A stretch of 63,782 nucleotides of DNA, filler included, from an uncultured Ignavibacteriales bacterium (GTDB lineage: Bacteria; Zixibacteria; MSB-5A5; GN15; JAAZOE01): NCBI GenBank assembly GCA_964611355.1. It is 3 parts of 3 records of this genome, joined end to end, with 100 filler letters (N's around TTAATTAATTAA, not from the genome) between each part and the next. Parts side by side here need not be neighbours in the genome. Positions count along the whole stretch, not along the records: positions 26,605 to 52,850 come from CAZSYD010000031.1; 2 more parts are not named here. One strand, 5' to 3'. Positions 36,522 to 47,078 of this stretch are shown piece after piece. The notes beneath the pieces were generated by a model. It searched no databases, was not told where the DNA came from, and saw only the letters and a list, made by a program, of their open reading frames with translations. A program made the position numbers and the translations under genes. The first letter of the stretch is position 1. The number at the start of each line of letters is the position of its first letter.

Positions 36522-38052
36522 TTATTATTTTCCGATCGACAATCCGGAGCACTTCTTCGGCCAACGCTTCCCCTCTGGCCTTATAACCCTCGATTTCGCC
36601 GGTAAGCTTGGCCACGAAATCTTTATCCTCAAGACCGCTGAGGTTGATCCTGACGTTAAGGATAGCGCCGTCCATACCGGCTTTGGCCATCAGCGCCCCG
36701 ACGCCGGCGTCGGTAATCGAATTAGCGTTTCCTTTTTCAGCCACCACCTTGGTCAGCGAGAGCACCTCCAGCGATTTTTCGGCCACCTTGAGGGGAACCA
36801 GTGCGGCCCCCTTGTTGGCGTCCTCAATCTGGGCAGCTCGTTTCTTGACTTCCTGCTCGGTATCTTTGGGCAGTTTGAAGGCGGCCATGACACGGTCAAA
36901 AGCCTCCTTGTCCCTGATAATCAGATCGGCCAATTCCTGACGGAGCGTTTCGGAGCGGGTTAGGATGGCTCCGATTTCGTCATGAACCTCCTTGTATTTT
37001 TTCTTTGAGACGGTCAGGCGGCTGACCATCGACGTTAAAGCGGCTCCCACCGCTCCGGCCGCGGAAGCTACCGAACCTCCGCCGGGAGCCGGTGTCGATG
37101 ACGCCACATCGTTGAAGAAATCGTTTATCCCCGGTTTCTTCTGCGCTTCGCCGGCGCTTTTGAGTTTTTCCTCAAGAATCTGTTCCTTTGAGAAATTCTC
37201 CAGCCGGAGAAAATAATCGGCCGCCTTTATCAAAGCATCGTTGGGAATAAGGCCTACGACCTCGGACGAGGTGACATTGACGCCGTACCGGGCCGCTTCC
37301 AGCTTTATCGTTTCGAAGACCCGGTGAATCGGTGTCTTTTTGTAATTGACCAGGTTCATCGAGACCTGAACGCAGTTGCGATCCTCAATCGCAAAGCCGA
37401 GCGCCTTGCAATACATAAAACCGCCGGAGCGGAATCGGATCGCTTTGGCCACCGCCTTGGCGACTTTGATATTGCTGGTATCGAGGTAAACGTTATAGGC
37501 CACCAGCGGCAGGCGAACACCGATGGCAGTCGCGCCCGCCTTGAGATTCATTTTCTCCGGGCCGTAATCCGGTTTCCGTTTGGGGTCTTTGCCGATCGCT
37601 TCCCGCATACCTTCGTATTCACCCGTGCGGACACTCGCCAGGTTTTGCCTTTCCGGCGTCGTGGCCGATTCCTCGTACATAAATACGGGAATCTCAAGCT
37701 TATTGCCGACATCCTGAGCCAGCTCCCTGGCCAGTTGTTTACATTCCGCCACGGTAATATCGGAAATCGGAACAAACGGACAGACATCGGTAGCCCCCAT
37801 GCGGGGATGCTCGCCCGTATGCTCACGCATATCGATCAGTTCCGCAGCCTTCTTGTATGCGCGAAAAGCGGCTTCTTTGGCCTCCATCGGCGGCCCTACA
37901 AAGGTAACGACCGCCCTATTATGGCTGGCATCCATCTCATGGTCAAGAAGCGTTATTCCACTAACCGATGTTATTTCCCTGAGAATCTCATCAATTACTT
38001 CCGGCCGTCGTCCCTCGGAAAAATTAGGGACACATTCTACCAACTGCGCCAT
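36514..38052 (-). CDS. ftcd: Bifunctional glutamate formiminotransferase / formiminotetrahydrofolate cyclodeaminase
   Basis: 'ECVPNFSEGR', 'HNR', 'GEHPRMGA.DV.PF', 'QVSMN'; C-terminal 'PAPGGGS' and 'NVRINL'. Confidence 0.92.
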   Translation of the reverse strand: MAQLVECVPNFSEGRRPEVIDEILREITSVSGITLLDHEMDASHNRAVVTFVGPPMEAKEAAFRAYKKAAELIDMREHTGEHPRMGATDVCPFVPISDITVAECKQLARELAQDVGNKLEIPVFMYEESATTPERQNLASVRTGEYEGMREAIGKDPKRKPDYGPEKMNLKAGATAIGVRLPLVAYNVYLDTSNIKVAKAVAKAIRFRSGGFMYCKALGFAIEDRNCVQVSMNLVNYKKTPIHRVFETIKLEAARYGVNVTSSEVVGLIPNDALIKAADYFLRLENFSKEQILEEKLKSAGEAQKKPGINDFFNDVASSTPAPGGGSVASAAGAVGAALTSMVSRLTVSKKKYKEVHDEIGAILTRSETLRQELADLIIRDKEAFDRVMAAFKLPKDTEQEVKKRAAQIEDANKGAALVPLKVAEKSLEVLSLTKVVAEKGNANSITDAGVGALMAKAGMDGAILNVRINLSGLEDKDFVAKLTGEIEGYKARGEALAEEVLRIVDRKIINA

Positions 38053-38055
38053 TTT

Positions 38056-39045
38056 TTATCTCCGTGGTTTATGAGACCTGATTACTTGTTTTTCTTCTTC
38101 CTTTAACATTCCCTTGATTCCCCAGGCAAGCAGGGGAATCATTATCTCATGATGGCCCGCAAAATTATAACCTTTCCCGCCGTGCAGAGTAGGCCGGTTG
38201 ACTACGTTGGTGACGGGACGATAATGACTAATCATATCGAAGTTGGCGGTGACGATTTTGTGCGGCTTGCCATAGATGTTCCTCGCCACCGTCAGCGCCT
38301 TGAGAAAAACCTCCGGCAGAATCACGGCCGAACCGATATTGATAAACACGCCGCCGTTTTCGCCGCGCGAAATCTCCCGGGCCAGGATTTTGAAATCATG
38401 GTGGCTCGCCCGCGCCGCCGCCGCCGGGTCGAAACCCGGATGCTGGCAAACGATATCGGTATCGACGGCGATACTGATTATGGCTGGAATGCGTTTCCGT
38501 CGGCAGGCCGCAAGTAGAGAATATTTACGATATCGAACTTTCCGTTCTTCGAGGACAATACCGGCCGCCTCGCCCAAACCTGTCTTTTGCTCTTCGGCGA
38601 AGGCGGTTACCGCGGCAAACAGTTCAGCCGTCTCACGAGACATGCCAAAACTGCCGTCGGCAATGCCGGCGACAACATCTTCAGACGTTCGACCTGCCAG
38701 AGCTATTTCGCTGTCATGAATCAGTCCGGCCCCGTTTAGGCACAAATCGGTTATCATATCGGATTGAATCAGATCAATAATCACCGGGTTGAGTCCGACT
38801 TTAATCAGATGTCCGCCGGCCATGACAACAACCGGCTTGTTTTTTCGCCGGGCCGAGATTATGGCCCTTATTAAAGCCTTCAGATCATCAGCTTTTAGAA
38901 AACCGGGGAGTGAGTCGAAGAAACGGGCGGCACCGGAACCGTCCATAACCTTTGCCATCTTTTTGAAGGAGGTAAGGGATTTCCGCCGCTTCAGCGATAC
39001 CGTTTTGACACGGGCCAGGTCGACTGTCTTAAAAGAGCTCTTCAA
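38056..39045 (-). CDS. Uncharacterised deoxyhypusine-synthase-like fold protein
   Basis: 'GGHLIK.G', 'NGAG.IHD.E.A..G.TSEDV', 'GSAVILPEVFLKAL', 'GHHE.M.P'. Confidence 0.6.
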   Translation of the reverse strand: MKSSFKTVDLARVKTVSLKRRKSLTSFKKMAKVMDGSGAARFFDSLPGFLKADDLKALIRAIISARRKNKPVVVMAGGHLIKVGLNPVIIDLIQSDMITDLCLNGAGLIHDSEIALAGRTSEDVVAGIADGSFGMSRETAELFAAVTAFAEEQKTGLGEAAGIVLEERKVRYRKYSLLAACRRKRIPAIISIAVDTDIVCQHPGFDPAAAARASHHDFKILAREISRGENGGVFINIGSAVILPEVFLKALTVARNIYGKPHKIVTANFDMISHYRPVTNVVNRPTLHGGKGYNFAGHHEIMIPLLAWGIKGMLKEEEKQVIRSHKPRR

Positions 39046-39887
39046 AACTCCTCCAGTTGTCCCAGCCGATAGTCGGTCAACTCGGCGGTTATGGAACCGA
39101 CCACCACTTTCGACTTCATCATCACCGGCAAACGTAAACGATCGTCGGTCAGCCAGACGGTCAGCTTGCCTTCGTGCTTGAAAACTCCGGCCGTCCTGAG
39201 CAGCGGCTCGACCACCAGGCAGTTAAAATCGCCCGCCTTGGTCCTGATCTGTTCCTTTCGGTGAACCTTTACTTCCACCGGATTATGCCTTCCGTCGGTG
39301 AAATTATCGACGAAGACCGATTTACCCACCTCCAGCGGCTGAGTACGAACATAGTAAAGCATCGAAAGGGCGTCCTGAACGTAAGGGGCAATCTTCGTGG
39401 TGTCGCCTTTGTACACGACTTCGTGATTGATCTGGTCGAAACCATACATGCGATGCGAGCGGTATTTACCTTCGCACAGCTTTTTATCGAAATACCATGA
39501 AAACAGTCCGATGGCATCTGTGATCGACTCCACTCGATCCCTGACCGGATAAAACGACGAGAAAAATTTGTTCGACTGGGCTGTAGAGACAATCCGATAT
39601 GCCGGTCGTCCATCGTATTCAATAAGCTCGACAACCTCCATGACAGCCGAACCGGCATTGATAAAGCCGTACCCGATATCAAAGTGCAGTCGTTCGCCAA
39701 TGCCAAAAGCCAGGTTCTCGACATAGCGGCTGATTTCCGGATGCGAAGATTCGAGCGGGTTTCCCGAATGTGGAATCAACTCTTCCTGCGCGGCGCCGTA
39801 CTGCACTCGGACAAAATAGACAAGCGGCACTACGCCGCAGGAGATGAGCAGTATTACCAGGATATCCCGTGCGACGGTCCTAATCAT
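39042..39887 (-). CDS. DUF3108-like periplasmic beta-rich protein
   Basis: 'GE.L....YG', 'D.LS..Y..R', 'W.TDD..RLPV'. Confidence 0.7.
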   Translation of the reverse strand: MIRTVARDILVILLISCGVVPLVYFVRVQYGAAQEELIPHSGNPLESSHPEISRYVENLAFGIGERLHFDIGYGFINAGSAVMEVVELIEYDGRPAYRIVSTAQSNKFFSSFYPVRDRVESITDAIGLFSWYFDKKLCEGKYRSHRMYGFDQINHEVVYKGDTTKIAPYVQDALSMLYYVRTQPLEVGKSVFVDNFTDGRHNPVEVKVHRKEQIRTKAGDFNCLVVEPLLRTAGVFKHEGKLTVWLTDDRLRLPVMMKSKVVVGSITAELTDYRLGQLEEF

Positions 39888-40380
39888 CGCCCTCCTCGTC
39901 CGCTTTTTTCTCCGCCATGGCGATTATATCGGGAAGTATCCGCCCCAGTTCCTCGCCGATCTCCAGAAATGTACGATTATACATATCGAGAGAACCGCCG
40001 ATCGGGTCCTCGATACCTTCACCATAACCTCCCGGTTCGGGGAATTTCCTGATCAGAAATGTCTTTTCTTCCGCTTCCGGACACATAGCCATAACGTCGC
40101 GATAATGCGATGATGTCATCACCAGAATCAGGTCGGCTTCCTCCAATAATTCACTGGCCATCGGCCGTGAATGATGGTTCGAAATATCGGCATTCCAGGT
40201 CTTGGCCGCTTCCCGCGCATAATGGGTCGCGGAACATCCCGGCGGAGCGACGGTGCCGGCCGATATTACCTCGATGTTTTCCACACCCCGTTCTTTTAAC
40301 AGAACACGCAGAGCGCCCTCAGCCATCGGCGACCGGCAGGTATTTCCAGTGCAAACAAACAAAACCCTGAACCTACCCAT
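39880..40380 (-). CDS. ywlE: Low-molecular-weight protein arginine phosphatase (YwlE-like)
   Basis: P-loop 'CTGNTCRS' (Thr variant) and 'DP.G'; ATG at 40380 overlaps the sua5 stop. Confidence 0.75.
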   Translation of the reverse strand: MGRFRVLFVCTGNTCRSPMAEGALRVLLKERGVENIEVISAGTVAPPGCSATHYAREAAKTWNADISNHHSRPMASELLEEADLILVMTSSHYRDVMAMCPEAEEKTFLIRKFPEPGGYGEGIEDPIGGSLDMYNRTFLEIGEELGRILPDIIAMAEKKADEEGDD

Positions 40381-41023
40381 GCGACTTTTCGCCTTCCAAA
40401 AACCGCCTGATCTCCGCCTCAGGTATCTGCCCGTGCCGTAAAATATCCGCTCCACCGTTCAGTTTCAGCACCGTCGACGGCGTCGTCGCCCGACACTGCC
40501 CGCCGTCAATGTATAGATCGACCTCATCACCCATTATTTGCGATATCTCTTTGACCGACGAAGGCGTTAACTGCCTGCTGATATTGGCCGAAGTCGCAAT
40601 AACGGGGAACACTACCCGTTCCATTACTCCGGCTATCACCTGGGACGAAGATACCCTGATGCCGAAACCGTAGCCGGATAAAAAATCCGTCGACACAGCC
40701 GATTGATCTTTTTTCCCCGGCACAACCAGCGTCATGGGGCCGGGAAGATATTTTGCGGCCAGTTTTTCGGCGACCGCATTTATCTCGCAAAATCTTTTGG
40801 CCATCTCCAGGTCTTCTACAAACATCGCCGGCATCAGCGATTTATCACGCTTCTTAATCCTGCAGATTCTTTCCAGCATGCCGTCTATGTCAGCCCGGAC
40901 AGACAACGAATACTGCGTCTCCGTCGGCAAAACCACTACCGAACCGGCAGACAGAGCTTCCACAACTGCGTTGAGAACTGCTTTTCCCGGTCTGGCCGGG
41001 TTGCACCTGAGGATCCGGCTCAA
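40373..41023 (-). CDS. tsaC: L-threonylcarbamoyladenylate synthase (Sua5/TsaC)
   Basis: 'PTET.Y', 'K.R', 'PGP.T', 'TSANIS', 'PST', 'R.G'. Confidence 0.88.
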   Translation of the reverse strand: MSRILRCNPARPGKAVLNAVVEALSAGSVVVLPTETQYSLSVRADIDGMLERICRIKKRDKSLMPAMFVEDLEMAKRFCEINAVAEKLAAKYLPGPMTLVVPGKKDQSAVSTDFLSGYGFGIRVSSSQVIAGVMERVVFPVIATSANISRQLTPSSVKEISQIMGDEVDLYIDGGQCRATTPSTVLKLNGGADILRHGQIPEAEIRRFLEGEKSHG

Positions 41024-41637
41024 CGATCCTCTCCGTAATCATCCTGCGACGCAGAATCAGGCTTTACCGGTGAAAAACCGGTTGAATCAAGCGGCAGGAC
41101 CGGTTCATCGATCAAATTATACGCCGGCGCTTCCCGAACCCGCCTGATTACGCGAGCCACCCAGGCGCCGTGATACCCGATCGCCCTGATCTCCGAGAGC
41201 ATATCCTCCGCCTCGGCCCGCGTATGGAAGTCGCCCACTCGGAGTTTATAATAGGGCACTTCGTAATCGAGATGGATCGGGAAATTGAAAATCTCTTCCG
41301 CCAGCGCCAGCTCCCGATTAGCCTCAGTATAGAGGCGCGATGTAAAAATCTGCACTCGATAAAGTTCTCTCGGACCGACCACGGATGACGTGGAGTCAAA
41401 CTCGTCGTACGAAATATCCAGCGGCTCAACAAGCGAGTCGCTGTTTTCGGGAATATAGGCCACCTGAACCGGGTAAACCTCGGGTACCACCTCACGATCA
41501 GCGGAAGAGGCCAGCGGATCAAACAACGGCCCGGCCGGGGATGGCTCCTCTTCCGAAGCCCCGCGGCCGCCTTCGCGCACGCTGCAGGAAACGGTCAGCA
41601 GAGCAGTCATTATTATGAAAATAAGCCGCCTGAACAT
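41020..41637 (-). CDS. SPOR-domain lipoprotein
   Basis: Lipobox-like 'LTVSC'; 'YRVQI' and 'PYYKLRVGDF.TR.EA'. Confidence 0.8.
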   Translation of the reverse strand: MFRRLIFIIMTALLTVSCSVREGGRGASEEEPSPAGPLFDPLASSADREVVPEVYPVQVAYIPENSDSLVEPLDISYDEFDSTSSVVGPRELYRVQIFTSRLYTEANRELALAEEIFNFPIHLDYEVPYYKLRVGDFHTRAEAEDMLSEIRAIGYHGAWVARVIRRVREAPAYNLIDEPVLPLDSTGFSPVKPDSASQDDYGEDR

Positions 41638-42717
41638 TTACAGATACTTTTTCAAATCTTCTTCGTCGGCCATTACGGTTAGCAGGTTTTTCAAGCGATC
41701 AAGCATCGTCTTGTGGGCAACCATGACAACGTCGCCGTTTTTCACGATGACCAGATCGGAAACGCCAAGGGTGGCGATGACGCCATCATCGTTGTTATAA
41801 ATGGTTGATTCGAAGGTGCCCACCGTCACCGCCCGGCCCACTACCACGTTATTTTCCTTGTCGGTATCTTTGAATCGCTGGAGTGACAGCCAGCTTCCAA
41901 TGTCGTCCCAGGTGAAATCGCCTTTCAGAGTCAGGACATTATCGGCCTCCTCCAGCACCGCATAGTCAATCGAAATCGGTTCCGCTTCTTTATACAGCTT
42001 CAACCGCGCCTGATCTTCATCTTTCTCGCCGATTTTTTTTGAATACTCGAACAGAAGTTGATACATTTCCGGCTGGTACCTTTTCAGCGCCTCGAGTATA
42101 GCCTTGACACTCCATATAAACATGCCGGAATTCCAGAGGTGCTTACCGCCGTAATAATACTGCTGGGCCACGGTGGGGCGCGGTTTTTCCTTGAAGCCCG
42201 ACACCTTGCAGACGGTTACGCCGTCAACCTCCCGCTGCTCGTCGCCCAGTTCGATGTAGCCATACCCCGTCTCTGCCCGCGTAGGAACGATACCGATGGT
42301 TATCAATTGATTATCTTCCGCCGCTATCTTTATGCCGGCTTTGATAACTTTTATCAACTTTGTGACCGGACTGATCAGATGGTCAGCCGAAAGAACCACC
42401 ATGACTGCCTCGGGGTCTTTCTTCTGAAGATGAACGGCAGCGTATGCGATGGCAAGGCAGGTATTGCGTCCAAGCGGTTCGGCCAGGATGTTTTCCGGCT
42501 TAACCCTTGGGCAGCTTTTGAGGATAGCTTCCCCTATATTTCCCCCGGCCACGATGACGGTCCGCTCCATGGAGATAAAAGCTGAAACACGGTCGATGGT
42601 AACTTGGAGCATGCTCCGTTCGTCGGTAATTGATAGCAGTTGTTTGGGGCAGGACTCATTCGAAAGCGGCCAGAACCTCTCGCCTTTTCCGCCTGCCATA
42701 ATTACGCTGTATATCAC
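41638..42717 (-). CDS. manC: Mannose-1-phosphate guanylyltransferase
   Basis: 'MAGG.G.RFWPLS', 'PKQ', 'EP.GRNT', 'TGYGYI', 'WNSG', 'SIDYA', 'W.D.G.W'; GGAGG lies 7 nt before the GTG at 42717. Confidence 0.92.
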   Translation of the reverse strand: MIYSVIMAGGKGERFWPLSNESCPKQLLSITDERSMLQVTIDRVSAFISMERTVIVAGGNIGEAILKSCPRVKPENILAEPLGRNTCLAIAYAAVHLQKKDPEAVMVVLSADHLISPVTKLIKVIKAGIKIAAEDNQLITIGIVPTRAETGYGYIELGDEQREVDGVTVCKVSGFKEKPRPTVAQQYYYGGKHLWNSGMFIWSVKAILEALKRYQPEMYQLLFEYSKKIGEKDEDQARLKLYKEAEPISIDYAVLEEADNVLTLKGDFTWDDIGSWLSLQRFKDTDKENNVVVGRAVTVGTFESTIYNNDDGVIATLGVSDLVIVKNGDVVMVAHKTMLDRLKNLLTVMADEEDLKKYL

Positions 42718-42763
42718 GGGCAAGCCTCCCTAAACGGCCATATAGCACGCAATTCAGACCTTG

Positions 42764-42792
42764 ATAATAAGGTCGCTTGATACTTAAGTCAA
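42764..42792 (-). promoter_or_regulatory. Sigma70 promoter of the manC-to-HD operon
   Basis: TTGACT-N17-TATTAT. Confidence 0.7.
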
Positions 42793-42924
42793 GCAACTTT
42801 ATTTTACGGCGGGGTTTGAGGTTACGGCATTTCCCTTCCTCCTGAGATAGAAAAAAATCTTATAAATGGAGGAAGTATGCGTTTGGCGTCAGAAAAGGGA
42901 TTATTTTTTGCCGGTGAGTGGTTG

Positions 42925-44478
42925 CTATTCGAACGAATTCTCCAGCGCACTAAACGCCCGACTGAGGTAATTAATTAAATCACCGGCAATAAGCGATCGG
43001 GGATTGATTTTGCCCACGGCCAGATCACCAGCCAGCCCGTGAATATAAACGCCGCAGACGGCCGCATCGAGAGGCGATAATTGCTGCCCCAGAAGCGCCA
43101 CGATGATGCCGGTCAAAACGTCACCCGACCCGCCGGTAGCCATCCCCCAGTTACCGGTCGGATTGAGATAGATATCGCCTTCGGGTGATGCTATAAGCGT
43201 CGGCGAGCCTTTAAGGACAATTACGCTGTCAAACTTATCCGCAAATTCCGCAATCAGATCGTAGTTGTTGATCGGGTTAGGATCAGGTTTTTTGCCCGTC
43301 AGACGAGCAAACTCTCCGGGGTGCGGCGTCAGAATCAGCGGCCCGTGATCGGACAGAAGCGGCGAATCGCTGCCGGAAAGAGCAAAAAGCCCGTCGGCGT
43401 CAATCACAGCCGGTATTTCAAGATCGGAGATCAACCGCCTGACCAGTTCGCCGGTTTCATGATGCCGGCCAAGACCCGGCCCGATGGCGGCGGCGTCGCG
43501 TTCCTTAAGTTGCCTTCTTATTTCCCCGCGGCCGCGAAGGGAAAGAACCGACCTTTTTTTAATCTCCGGCAACGGCGCCGTCATCACTTCGGTCAGTTTC
43601 ATCTCTAATATAAGATTAAGAGATGCCGGCGCTCCAATCGTAACCAATCCGGAACCTGACCTGGCTGCGGCCATTCCGGCCAGCGCAGCCGCGCCGGTCA
43701 GTCCGGGCGAACCGGCCAGGATAAAGACCTTGCCGAAATCACCCTTATGCCCGTCGGCGCGTGGTGAAGGCAATATAAAGGCTGCTTCTTCACCGGTAAT
43801 TAGGTTGATTTTCAGGTTGAAATTACCGATTACGTCGTCCGGTACGCCGATCGGGATAACCGCTACGGTTCCCGCCAGCTCACGCCCGGGTGAAACAAAA
43901 AGCCCCGGCTTGGGAAGCGCCATCGTGGTGGTGCAGTCGGCGGCAACTGCCGGGCCCTGCGCCTGCCCGGTGGAAACGTCAAGTCCGGACGGCGCGTCCA
44001 CAGCAACGATGAAACCGCCCGATTCATTGATCCTGTCGATGACCGCAGCCGAGATGCCTCTCGGTGCGCCGGAAAAACCTATCCCGAAGATAGCGTCAAT
44101 TATAATATCATAGCCGGACAGATCAGGCGGATCGGAATCTTCCAATATGTGATTTACCTTGCGCCCGGCCTGGCGTACTTTGTCGTAGTTGACCCGGCAA
44201 TCAGCGGACAGTTTTTCATCGTTTCCGGCCAGGAAAAAGCTGACGTGGTATCCGGCCTTGATGAGATACCGGCCGACAACAAAGCCGTCACCGCCGTTGT
44301 TGCCGCGACCGCAGATAACGGCTATTTGAGGATTTTCAAATTGCGGAAAGATATTATCTTTTATGTAAAGAAAAATCCCGCGCCCGGCGTTTTCCATAAG
44401 CTCAAGCGAGGGGATTTTTTCGATGTTTATGGCGTGGCCGTCAATGGCCCGCATCTGTTCAGCGTTAGCCAGTTTCAT
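42925..44478 (-). CDS. nnr: Bifunctional NAD(P)H-hydrate epimerase/dehydratase
   Basis: 'LMENAG', 'GNNGGDG', 'HKGDFG', 'GPGLG', 'TPHPGE', 'GGSGDVL'. Confidence 0.95.
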   Translation of the reverse strand: MKLANAEQMRAIDGHAINIEKIPSLELMENAGRGIFLYIKDNIFPQFENPQIAVICGRGNNGGDGFVVGRYLIKAGYHVSFFLAGNDEKLSADCRVNYDKVRQAGRKVNHILEDSDPPDLSGYDIIIDAIFGIGFSGAPRGISAAVIDRINESGGFIVAVDAPSGLDVSTGQAQGPAVAADCTTTMALPKPGLFVSPGRELAGTVAVIPIGVPDDVIGNFNLKINLITGEEAAFILPSPRADGHKGDFGKVFILAGSPGLTGAAALAGMAAARSGSGLVTIGAPASLNLILEMKLTEVMTAPLPEIKKRSVLSLRGRGEIRRQLKERDAAAIGPGLGRHHETGELVRRLISDLEIPAVIDADGLFALSGSDSPLLSDHGPLILTPHPGEFARLTGKKPDPNPINNYDLIAEFADKFDSVIVLKGSPTLIASPEGDIYLNPTGNWGMATGGSGDVLTGIIVALLGQQLSPLDAAVCGVYIHGLAGDLAVGKINPRSLIAGDLINYLSRAFSALENSFE

Positions 44479-46832
44479 TTACGGTTTTTTTTCGGCTCCA
44501 GGGAATACCGGATTACATCATATGCGTTATCATAGAATCTGAACGACATGGCTTTCTTAATCTCCGGCGGGATATCGACCATATCCTTCTTGTTGTCCTT
44601 CGGCAGAATGACGGTCTTGATATTATAACGATAGGCGGCCAGGAGTTTTTCTTTGACGCCGCCGATCGGCAGGATCAGTCCGCGAAGCGTGATTTCGCCC
44701 GTCATGGCGAGTTTTTCTTTTACGCGCCTCCCGGTCGCCAGCGACGCAATCGCCACCGCCATGGTAATGCCTGCTGACGGCCCGTCTTTGGGCGTCGCAC
44801 CTGACGGGACATGGATATGAAGCTCGTTGGAGTAAAAAAATTGGGCGTCAATCCCTAACCTGTCGGAAATGGATCGGACAAACGAGAGAGCCGCCTGGAC
44901 TGATTCTTTCATGACCTCACCCAAATGACCGGTAAGAGTCAGCGCCTTTTTCCCCCGCATCGCGGTAACTTCCACTTTTAGAACCTCACCGCCATAAGCC
45001 GTCCAAGCCAAACCGGCCACCTCGCCGATCCGTTCCTTGCTGAATCTGGCATCCGAGGTGTATCTGGGCGGACCCAGCAGTTTGGGCAGATCACGCGCCG
45101 TCAGGACGATCTTTTTGCGGCTGCCGGCGGCGACCTTGGTAGCCACTTTCCGGCAGATACCGGCCAATTCTCTCTCCAGATTTCGCAGTCCCGATTCCTG
45201 CGTGTACTCCTCGATGATCCTCTGGACGGCATCCTTTCGGATAACCAGGTTGGAGGAAGTCAGTCCATGATTATCTGTCTGCTTGGGAAGCAGGTGCCGG
45301 CGGCTAATCTCGAATTTCTCCAGATCAGTATACCCCGGCATCCGAATAACCTCCATCCGGTCGCGAAGCACCGGCGGGATCGGTTCAAGCATATTGGCGG
45401 TGGTAATAAACATCACCCTGGAAAGGTCGAAATCAACATCAAGGTAATGATCCGAAAAGCTGTTATTTTGCTCAGGGTCAAGCACCTCCAGAAGCGCCGA
45501 CGCCGGATCGCCGCGAAAATCAGAACCCAGCTTGTCAATCTCATCGAGCATATAGACGGGATTGTTGGCGCTGACCCGTTTTATGCCCTGGATGATTCTC
45601 CCCGGCATAGCGCCGATATATGTGCGTCGATGGCCCCTGATTTCGGCTTCGTCTCGCAGGCCGCCGAGCGATATGCGATAGAATTCACGACCCATGGCAC
45701 GGGCGATGGAACGCCCCAGCGACGTCTTCCCGACCCCGGGCGGCCCGACAAAACAGAGAATCGGCCCCTTGATATTCGGGTTCAGCCGCCTTACCGCCAG
45801 AAATTCAATGATTCGATCCTTGACTTTATCGAGATCGTAATGATCCTCATCGAGAATTTTTCGAGCTTTTTTGACGTCGATAACATCTTTGGTGGACTTC
45901 TGCCATGGCAGCGACACCAGCCAGTCGAGATAAGTTCGGCTGACCGTATATTCGGCCGACGACGGATTCATTTCGACCAACCGCTCCAACTCCTTGTCGG
46001 CTGCCGCTCGCGCCTGTTCGGGCATTCCGGCTTCTTCGATCTTTTTCTTCAAATCGGCAAGTTCCGGCCGCAATTCGCCGTCGCCCAGCTCCCGTTGAAT
46101 CGCCTTTATCTGCTCGCGCAGGATATATTCCCGCTGCATCTTGCCCAGCTCGCTGGCGGCCTCGGTCTGAATCTTTTTGGAAAGCTCCAGGACTTCCCGC
46201 TCCCGCGTCAGATGAGATAAGAGAATTTCCATGCGCCTTTTGACATCGGCCTGAGCGATCAGTTTCTGCTTTTCCTCGATCGACAGGTTCATATTGGAGG
46301 CGACCAAATCGGTCAACTGGCCGGGCGTATCCTGATTTATGGCGGAAACGTAGAATTCCTCGGAGAGATATGGCGCCAGGTCCACCAGTTCCTTAAGCTG
46401 TTCCAGGAGGTTTCGCTCCAGCGCCTCGGTCTCGACCGAAACCTCACATTTTTCCCTGACCTCTTCGACTTGGGCAATCAGGAATGGTTCGGTGGCCAGA
46501 TTCTTCTTTATCCTGATTCGTGCCAGGCCCTGTACCAAAAAACGCACCGAACCGTCGGGGAAACGAAGCATCTTCAAAATATTACCGGCGGTGCCGAGCC
46601 TGTAAATGTCGTTAAAACCGGGCGACTCAACATTGGGATCTTTGGTGCAGAAAATGCCGATTGTTTTCCCTTGCGTCAGGGCTTCATCAACCAGCCGGGT
46701 CTGTTTCTTCTGGGTAATTATCAGGGGAATGACAAGAAACGGAAAAACCACGATTCCTTTGACCGGCAGAATCGGCATCTCGGTCGGTAGGATGGTAGAA
46801 TCCCGTTTTTCCTGTGTTATGGTGATTTCCAA
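44475..46832 (-). CDS. lon: ATP-dependent protease La
   Basis: 'GPPGVGKTS', '[12 protein letters not shown]', 'PKDGPSAG', 'TGEITL.G'. Confidence 0.97.
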   Translation of the reverse strand: MEITITQEKRDSTILPTEMPILPVKGIVVFPFLVIPLIITQKKQTRLVDEALTQGKTIGIFCTKDPNVESPGFNDIYRLGTAGNILKMLRFPDGSVRFLVQGLARIRIKKNLATEPFLIAQVEEVREKCEVSVETEALERNLLEQLKELVDLAPYLSEEFYVSAINQDTPGQLTDLVASNMNLSIEEKQKLIAQADVKRRMEILLSHLTREREVLELSKKIQTEAASELGKMQREYILREQIKAIQRELGDGELRPELADLKKKIEEAGMPEQARAAADKELERLVEMNPSSAEYTVSRTYLDWLVSLPWQKSTKDVIDVKKARKILDEDHYDLDKVKDRIIEFLAVRRLNPNIKGPILCFVGPPGVGKTSLGRSIARAMGREFYRISLGGLRDEAEIRGHRRTYIGAMPGRIIQGIKRVSANNPVYMLDEIDKLGSDFRGDPASALLEVLDPEQNNSFSDHYLDVDFDLSRVMFITTANMLEPIPPVLRDRMEVIRMPGYTDLEKFEISRRHLLPKQTDNHGLTSSNLVIRKDAVQRIIEEYTQESGLRNLERELAGICRKVATKVAAGSRKKIVLTARDLPKLLGPPRYTSDARFSKERIGEVAGLAWTAYGGEVLKVEVTAMRGKKALTLTGHLGEVMKESVQAALSFVRSISDRLGIDAQFFYSNELHIHVPSGATPKDGPSAGITMAVAIASLATGRRVKEKLAMTGEITLRGLILPIGGVKEKLLAAYRYNIKTVILPKDNKKDMVDIPPEIKKAMSFRFYDNAYDVIRYSLEPKKNRK

Positions 46833-46878
46833 CGACGCTCCTTTTCCCGCCCATCACACATTGAGCGATCTCATGGGC

Positions 46879-46907
46879 ATTTTAACACAATCGCAGACGT
46901 AAAGCAA
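46879..46907 (-). promoter_or_regulatory. Sigma70 promoter of lon-nnr (extended -10)
   Basis: TTGCTT-N17-TAAAAT with TGn. Confidence 0.6.
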
Positions 46908-47078
46908 ATTCAAAAACCCCTCGGCGCTTCAATATACATAAACGGCTGGCCATCCCGGGTCGAATGCGAACAACACCCTGATACGGTATATTTATCGGTC
47001 AATAGCCGCCCCTGTTTACGCTTGCTCTAAAATATAAAAAACCGGTAGATTGCCGCGTTATTGTAACCCGAACCGTTT

